DNA of 40,000 nucleotides from an uncultured Solirubrobacterales bacterium (GTDB lineage Bacteria > Actinomycetota > Thermoleophilia > Solirubrobacterales > Solirubrobacteraceae): NCBI GenBank assembly GCA_963817345.1, contig CAWFNV010000003.1, positions 1,405,437 to 1,445,436 on the forward strand. Reading direction: 5' to 3'. Under the pieces are notes generated by a model. The model ran no database searches and was not told the origin of the DNA. It was given only the letters and a program-made list of their open reading frames with translations. Below are positions 34,576 to 40,000 of this stretch, in pieces. The number at the start of each line of letters is the position of its first letter. Positions within the stretch are counted from its first letter, which is position 1. A program made the position numbers and the translations under genes.

Positions 34576-35252
34576 ACGCCCGAGGTCTGTCGTTCGTGCC
34601 GGCTCTGGGACCGTGCGATCAGCTCGCGCACGGCGTCCTCGTCGCCGGCTCGCAGCAGCTCGATGGGATCGGGGTCGCCATTCACTATCCCCTCGAAGAA
34701 CTCCTTGCGATCCTGGTAGGTCGGCAGCGTGCTCTTGGCCCAGCCGCGCACCTCGTTGAGCAGCACCGCCAGACGCGCGTAGGGCTCGCCGAACTGGCTT
34801 TCGATCTCGCGCTTCATGCGCTTGGCCAGCGCGGGTGAGGCGCCGGCCGTGGAGATCGCGATCGCGAGCGGCCCGGTGCGCACAATCGCCGGCAGGATGA
34901 AGTTGCACAGCGGCGGCACGTCGACGACGTTGACGAGCATCGCCCGCCGCTCGGCGTCCTCGTACACGGCGATGTTGACGTCGGTGTCGTCGGTCGCCGC
35001 GATCGCCATGAACGCACCGTCCAGGTCGGCCGCTCCCGCGTAGGCACGCCGCTCCCAGTGGATCGAGCCCTCGCGTGCGTACTCTTCGAGCGCGGGCTCC
35101 GCGTCGGGGGCGATCAGCGTGACCTCACCGTCGCAGGCGAGCAGGCCCTCGACCTTCTCCAAGCCGATCTCGCCGCCGCCGATCACCAGGCAGCGCCGGG
35201 CGGGCGGGCCTGAAAGTTTCAGGCAGGCGATGTAGAAGGGGGTGTCGAGCAT
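34572..35252 (-). CDS. Precorrin-2 dehydrogenase / sirohydrochlorin ferrochelatase (sirohaem synthase N-terminal domain type)
   Basis: Within ORF 34572..35339; start at ATG 35252 ([13 protein letters not shown]). The Rossmann motif is [14 protein letters not shown] and the SirC/Met8-like block is [15 protein letters not shown]. Confidence 0.75.
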   Translation of the reverse strand: MLDTPFYIACLKLSGPPARRCLVIGGGEIGLEKVEGLLACDGEVTLIAPDAEPALEEYAREGSIHWERRAYAGAADLDGAFMAIAATDDTDVNIAVYEDAERRAMLVNVVDVPPLCNFILPAIVRTGPLAIAISTAGASPALAKRMKREIESQFGEPYARLAVLLNEVRGWAKSTLPTYQDRKEFFEGIVNGDPDPIELLRAGDEDAVRELIARSQSRHERQTSGV

Positions 35253-35375
35253 CCCCTGCACACAGCTCTGATCGCAGATCCCCCTGCGCAGCTGACACAC
35301 GCACTCCTTGCCTGCATAGGCCTGGGCGGGCATGCTCACAGCGTAGCCGCGACGCGGCTGGGCCGCATGAGCCAG

Positions 35376-36965
35376 CTATCGCGGCAGTCCCCGCCCGAAT
35401 GTCCGCGCTCCCACCCGCGCTAGCCCGACCGCGCCCTCGCGCCAGGCGCGTCTGTGATCTCCCTCGCGCGTCGAGCGCATTCGCGCCATCGTCCTTGCTG
35501 CGCGTGTAGTCGCCTCGTCGTATGGACCCCACCACAGTCCGCGCAGCCCCGAGGGGTTCCACGCGATCAGCTTCTCCTGGGCGCACGCTCGCAGCCCGCT
35601 CTCGCCCAAGGTCTTACCGAGGCCACCGCCCGCCGCTGGCCCCCACGGTCCGCGCGAGAGGATCGGTCCGGGTAGATGGTCGTTGAGCCACACCATCCCC
35701 GCTCGCAGCTCGTGCGCGATCCGTATCCCCCGGTAGCGATCGGCCGTCCACACCGACGCGCCGAGGCCGTAGTCGCCGCCGTTGGCCGCGGCGATCGCCT
35801 CGTCGATCGAGTCCACCGCCGTGACCACCAGCACCGGTCCGTCGATCGGCTCGCGCTGCACGCGTGTCTGCGGGCTCGCGTCGGTGATCACCGCGGGCGC
35901 GTAGAAGGCACCGGTCACGCAGCCGGCGGGCGTGACCGGCCCGCCGCAATGCAGCACCGCGCCCTGCGTGACAGCCTCCTCCACCAGCGCGCGGACGTGC
36001 TCGGCGCGGCGCGCGGAGGCCAATGGGCCGATCTGCACGCGGGGGTCGCTCGGGTTTCCGACTGCCAGCGCCCGTGCGCCGGCAACGAGGCCCGTGAGGA
36101 AGCGCTCGTAGACCTCGCGCGCGACATACACACGCTCGACCGCGCCGCGTGCTTGCCCGGCGCCTGCGCAACCAGCCCACAGCGCGCCGTCCACGGCCTT
36201 GGCGAGGTCAGCGTCGGCGAGCACGAGCATCGCGTCCTTGCCGCCGAGCTCGACCGTGACCTCCTTCTCACGCGAGACGCAAGCCCGCGCGACCACCCGT
36301 CCGACCGCGGGCGAGCCGGTGAACAGGACCTTGCCCACATGCGCCTTCGCCAGCGCCACGCCCACGTCCGCGCCGCCGTGCACGACTCGCACGAGCCCCT
36401 CCGGCAATCCCGCCTTTGCCAGCACCCGCACGATCGCCTCGCCAGCCAGACATGCTCGCTGGGCGGGCTTGAACACGACGCCGTTGCCCGCCAGCAGCGC
36501 TCCCGCGATCTGGCCGAGCGGTTGCGCAAACGGTGCGCTGCCCGCGCCGATCACCGCGATCGTTCCGTACGGCTCGTATGCGACCCGTGCGCGCTTGGCG
36601 AGCGTGAGCGAGTGGTGTGTCGCCACCCGTTGACCGCCTAGCACCTGCGCTCCCTCCTGCGCGATCCAGATCAGCGCGTCGATTGCGCTCAGCAGCTCGA
36701 GCGTTGCCACCTCTGCACGCGGCCTGCCCTGCTCGCGCGCGATCGTCTCTGTGAGCGCGTCGAGCTCATCCACGATCGCCTGCGCCATCCGGCGCATGTA
36801 GCGCGCGCGGTCCTGTACTCGCAGCAGCGCCCACAGCGGCTGCACCTTGGCCACGTCCTGCACCACCTCGTCTACCCGCTCAGGCGCCACCGTCTCCACG
36901 CTGCCCAGCAGCTCACCCGTGGCCGGGTCGTGCGCGAGCAGTATGGGCTCCTCAGCCTTGTTCAT
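35376..36965 (-). CDS. NAD(P)-dependent aldehyde dehydrogenase family protein
   Basis: Within ORF 35376..37172; start at ATG 36965 (MNKAEEPILLAHDP). ALDH blocks FTGSPAVGR and VTVELGGKDAMLV are present, with a C-terminal extension. Confidence 0.8.
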   Translation of the reverse strand: MNKAEEPILLAHDPATGELLGSVETVAPERVDEVVQDVAKVQPLWALLRVQDRARYMRRMAQAIVDELDALTETIAREQGRPRAEVATLELLSAIDALIWIAQEGAQVLGGQRVATHHSLTLAKRARVAYEPYGTIAVIGAGSAPFAQPLGQIAGALLAGNGVVFKPAQRACLAGEAIVRVLAKAGLPEGLVRVVHGGADVGVALAKAHVGKVLFTGSPAVGRVVARACVSREKEVTVELGGKDAMLVLADADLAKAVDGALWAGCAGAGQARGAVERVYVAREVYERFLTGLVAGARALAVGNPSDPRVQIGPLASARRAEHVRALVEEAVTQGAVLHCGGPVTPAGCVTGAFYAPAVITDASPQTRVQREPIDGPVLVVTAVDSIDEAIAAANGGDYGLGASVWTADRYRGIRIAHELRAGMVWLNDHLPGPILSRGPWGPAAGGGLGKTLGESGLRACAQEKLIAWNPSGLRGLWWGPYDEATTRAARTMARMRSTREGDHRRAWREGAVGLARVGARTFGRGLPR

Positions 36966-36972
36966 CGTGCGA

Positions 36973-38304
36973 TTATCGCCCACGCATCCTGCGCACCTGC
37001 TCCAACCGTTGCGCCAGCTGCGCTTCGGCCTCGCCCGGCTTGAAGAACCGCTCCCCCAGGACGCTATCTGGCAGTAGCTCCTGTGGCGACACCCGCCCCG
37101 GATGCTCGTGCGGGTAGTCGTAGATGAGAGCCCGCCCACCCGGGCTCTCATCATCCTGGCCCGGCCTCGCACCCGGCCTCAACCACCCGGGAACGGACGC
37201 CGCCCCGTGCTCGCGCACGTGCGTGACCGCTGCGCCCAGCGCCCGGCCGGCGGCGTTGGACTTAGGGGCCAGCGACAGGTATATAGCAGCCTGCGCGAGC
37301 GCGAATTTGGCCTCGGGCATGCCGGCGTGCTCGACCGCTTGCGCTGCTGCGACAGCTACCTCGAGCGCGCCAGGGTCGGCGTTACCGATGTCCTCGGAGG
37401 CGAGGATCACCATCCGCCGCACGATGAAGCGCGGGTCCTCGCCGCCCTCCAGCATCACCGCCAGGTAGTACAGCGACGCGTCCGGGTCCGAGCCGCGCGT
37501 GGCCTTGATCCAGGCCGAGATGTAGTCGTAGTGGCGGTCGCCCTTTTTGTCGTACAGCACCGCCCTGCGCTGCAGCGCGTCCTCTGCCCGCTCGATACTC
37601 ACCTGGGCCTCTCCCAGCCCCTCTGCGGTCTCGAGCGCCAGCTCCAGCGCGTTCAGCGCCGTGCGCGCGTCGCCCGCGCTGCGTGCGGCCAAGAATTCGA
37701 TCGCCTCCTCGTCGACGGCCGCATCCGCCGCCGCGCGGCGCAGCACAGTTGCCACCTCCTGGGCGCTCAGCTCCTGCAGCGCATACACGCGCATGCGCGA
37801 GAGCAGCGCGCCGTTGACCTCGAACGCAGGGTTCTCGGTGGTCGCGCCGATCAGCGTGATCAGCCCCTCCTCCACTGCTCCCAGCAGCGTGTCCTGCTGG
37901 GCCTTGTTGAAGCGGTGGATCTCATCGAGGAACAGCACAGTCTGCTGTTGCCCGTTCATCTTGCGCCGATGGGTGGCGCGCTCGATCACCGCGCGCACCT
38001 CCGCGCGCCCTGCCTGCACGGCGCTCAGCTCCTCGAATACCGCTTGCGAATGAGTTGCCACCATCCGCGCCAGCGTCGTCTTGCCCGACCCCGGAGGGCC
38101 GTACAGGATCATCGAATGCGGTTTTCCCTGCTCGATCGCCGTCCGCAGCGAAGAGCCCTCGCCCAGCAGATGACTCTGCCCGACCAACTCCTCCAGGCGC
38201 GCCGGGCGCATCCGCACTGCCAGCGGGCGTGCCCCTGCCGGTGCCCCGTCTGACTCTGTGCCCTGCGTTCGCCCGGAGGGATCGTCCTCGAACAGCGTCT
38301 CCAC
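36973..38304 (-). CDS. rarA: Replication-associated recombination protein A (AAA+ ATPase)
   Basis: ORF 36973..38397. I prefer GTG 38304 (VETLFEDD...PLAVRMRPARLEELVGQSHLLG), which matches the usual RarA N-terminus. Walker A is ILYGPPGSGKTTLA, followed by FLDEIHRFNKAQQD and the MgsA C-terminal domain. Confidence 0.85.
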   Translation of the reverse strand: METLFEDDPSGRTQGTESDGAPAGARPLAVRMRPARLEELVGQSHLLGEGSSLRTAIEQGKPHSMILYGPPGSGKTTLARMVATHSQAVFEELSAVQAGRAEVRAVIERATHRRKMNGQQQTVLFLDEIHRFNKAQQDTLLGAVEEGLITLIGATTENPAFEVNGALLSRMRVYALQELSAQEVATVLRRAAADAAVDEEAIEFLAARSAGDARTALNALELALETAEGLGEAQVSIERAEDALQRRAVLYDKKGDRHYDYISAWIKATRGSDPDASLYYLAVMLEGGEDPRFIVRRMVILASEDIGNADPGALEVAVAAAQAVEHAGMPEAKFALAQAAIYLSLAPKSNAAGRALGAAVTHVREHGAASVPGWLRPGARPGQDDESPGGRALIYDYPHEHPGRVSPQELLPDSVLGERFFKPGEAEAQLAQRLEQVRRMRGR

Positions 38305-38426
38305 GCCTTCAGTATTCCGCCTATTGCGGGTGCATCCGTTCAGGTTTGCCGGCAGGTTGCCGACGAGTGCGTGTCGAACCTGTATTCGGTGGTTCATGTG
38401 ATGGCTAACCCGCGGGTAACCGCGCG

Positions 38427-39414
38427 ATGAGCGTCGGCGCTGCCGAGCTGCTGCCCGGTGCCGGTGGCGGACGCCTGGACTTCGACTTTTCCGACCCCGT
38501 TGGCGCGCTTGTTGCGCGCTCGCCCTTGCAGCTATTCTGGCGGCGCTTGCGCCAGGATCGCGTCGCGCTCGCCTCGCTCGCGTTCATCGTGTTCCTGATC
38601 GTGATTGCGATCGCGGCACCGCTCGTTGTCAGCCTGCTCGGCCTGCCTGGGCCGAACGTGCAGAACTCCAACCTCACGAACTCCTTCGGCAGTCCGCTCG
38701 GGCCCAGCTCGGCACATCCCTTTGGCGTTGATCCGCTCGGGCAGGACGTCGCCTCGCGCGTTATCTACGGCACCCGTGTTTCGTTGGAGGTCGGCATCAT
38801 CGGCACCGCCATCGCCACGTTTATCGGCGTGCTTGTCGGCCTGCTCGCCGGCTTCTACCGCGGTTGGGTCGACACTCTGCTCTCGCGCCTCGTTCGACGT
38901 TGTCCTGTCGATTCCGATCCTGTTCCTCGGCCTCGGCCTCGGCGCCGCCTGCGAGGTTCGCGGCTGCCTCGGCGGACACGTCCAGTCCGGTCTCGGTGTG
39001 ATCATCTTCCTGATTGCGCTCGCCAACTGGACGTACATCGCGCGCATCGTCCGCGGCCTTGTGCTGTCCTTGCGCGAGCAGGAGTTCGTGGCGGCCGCGC
39101 GCTCGCTTGGTGCCTCTGACGCGCGCATCATGCTGCGCGAGATCCTGCCCAATCTGGTTGCGCCAATCATCGTCTACTCGAGCCTGCTGATACCGCAGAA
39201 CATTCTGTTCGAGGCCGCCCTGTCGTACCTGGGCGTGGGTATCCGCCCACCCACCGCCAGCTGGGGCCAGATGATTGCCGCCGCCACCCCGATCTTCAAC
39301 ACGGCCTGGTGGTACATGGCCTTCCCCGGCCTCGCCCTGCTGCTGACCGTGCTTGCGTTCAACCTGCTCGGCGACGGCCTGCAGGACGCTCTCAATCCAA
39401 GGATCGCCCGGTGA
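38427..39414 (+). CDS. Peptide/nickel ABC transporter permease (DppC/OppC-like); reading frame interrupted (net +1) at about 38892-38896
   Basis: ORF 38427..39119 (frame 0) gives ...GFYRGWVDTLLSRLV and then junk. ORF 38605..39414 (frame 1) continues DVVLSIPILFLGLGL...ARSLGASDARIMLREILPNLVAPIIV. The sequence ctc gtt c gac gtt gtc shows one extra base. Confidence 0.75.
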
Positions 39415-39453
39415 ATCGCGCGATCGACATGACAGCCAGAGGAGGCGCCGCAT

Positions 39454-40000
39454 GAGGTCGCACAGAATGCTCGAGACGATTACGCCGGCGGCGCTTGCAG
39501 GAATGCTCGCTCTCGGGCTCGCTGCGTGTGGCTCCAGCAGTGGCGGGGCGGGCGGGATCGAATCTCACTCCAGCGCCATCAAGGTCCCGCCCGGGATCCA
39601 GACCCCCGCGACAGAGGCCCAAAGTGGGGGAATCCGCGGCGGCACGCTGACCGTGCTTGACCACACCGACTTCGAACACCTCGACCCCGGCCAGGCCTAT
39701 TCCGCCGTCGACTACGAGGCGATGTACGCGACCCAACGTCCGCTCTATTCCCACAAGCCGAACTCGGTCGAGCCCATTCCTGACATGGCAGCCGATATGC
39801 CGGAAATCTCTAAAGACAACAAGACCGTCACCGTGCACCTCAAGGAAGGCGTCCACTTCAGCCCTCCTGTCAACCGCGAAGTCACATCGGCCGACGTTGC
39901 CTACGCGATGGAGCGCGGTCTCAACGCGAATGTGGCCAACCCATACTTCAAGAGCTATTTCAGCTCGCTCGTAGGCGCGAAGGAAGCCGAAAAGAAGGAA
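39454..40000 (+). CDS. ABC transporter family-5 (peptide/nickel) substrate-binding lipoprotein, N-terminal part; continues beyond the window
   Basis: Absent from the ORF track because there is no stop. ATG 39454 is preceded by gaggagg. My translation is MRSHRMLETITPAALAGMLALGLAACGSSSGG (lipobox LAAC), then GGTLTVLDHTDFEHLDPGQAYS...KTVTVHLKEGVHFSPP, typical of SBP family 5. Confidence 0.75.

Noticed and set aside
35345-35359. Palindrome agccgcg-a-cgcggct just downstream of the aldehyde dehydrogenase stop, considered as a terminator.
   Set aside because: The loop would be too small unless the stem is shortened, and no U-tract follows on the minus strand. I left it unannotated.
1-40000. A window-wide scan for CRISPR arrays, rRNA genes, IS elements with terminal inverted repeats, and integrase, recombinase or transposase genes.
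   Set aside because: None found. There are no regularly spaced 25-40-bp repeats, no ORFs with recombinase or transposase motifs, and no rRNA-like conserved stretches.

Overview
High-G+C (Actinomycetota-like) chromosomal segment. Housekeeping genes flank a tRNA-Arg(CCU)-linked accessory region at about 9.98-22.15 kb. Left flank: treT (partial), M28-like membrane protein, class E sortase, thiL, infA, class A PBP, PIG-V-like mannosyltransferase, CPBP protease, pyrE. Right flank: galT, TlpA-like thioredoxin, a large SF2 helicase with an acidic insert, birA, a translationally coupled haem/ccm operon (sirC-ccmABCD-hemA-hemC-cobA/hemD), an aldehyde dehydrogenase, rarA, and part of a peptide ABC transporter. 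The accessory region holds a remnant of a DGQQR (ParB-fold) gene abutting the tRNA, an NTase plus HEPN-like pair, an MFS exporter and a lower-G+C block. That block encodes a complete preQ0 pathway (HTH-queC, queE, queD, folE2), a YaaA/DUF328-like candidate DpdC, a TGT-family DpdA and a DGQ(Q)R DpdB. This is a compact dpd-like 7-deazaguanine DNA-modification system without the canonical dpdD-K genes. Instead it faces a convergent operon of a nuclease-like protein and a second, split DndB-like ParB-fold protein, followed by an HTH/RelE-like pair. I think this non-canonical module is the most interesting candidate in the window. Five genes show reading-frame breaks, all of net +1 nt, so sequence quality must be checked before any are called pseudogenes. 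I saw no rRNA, CRISPR array, integrase or transposase. All family assignments come from motif recognition by eye and memory; no searches were run.
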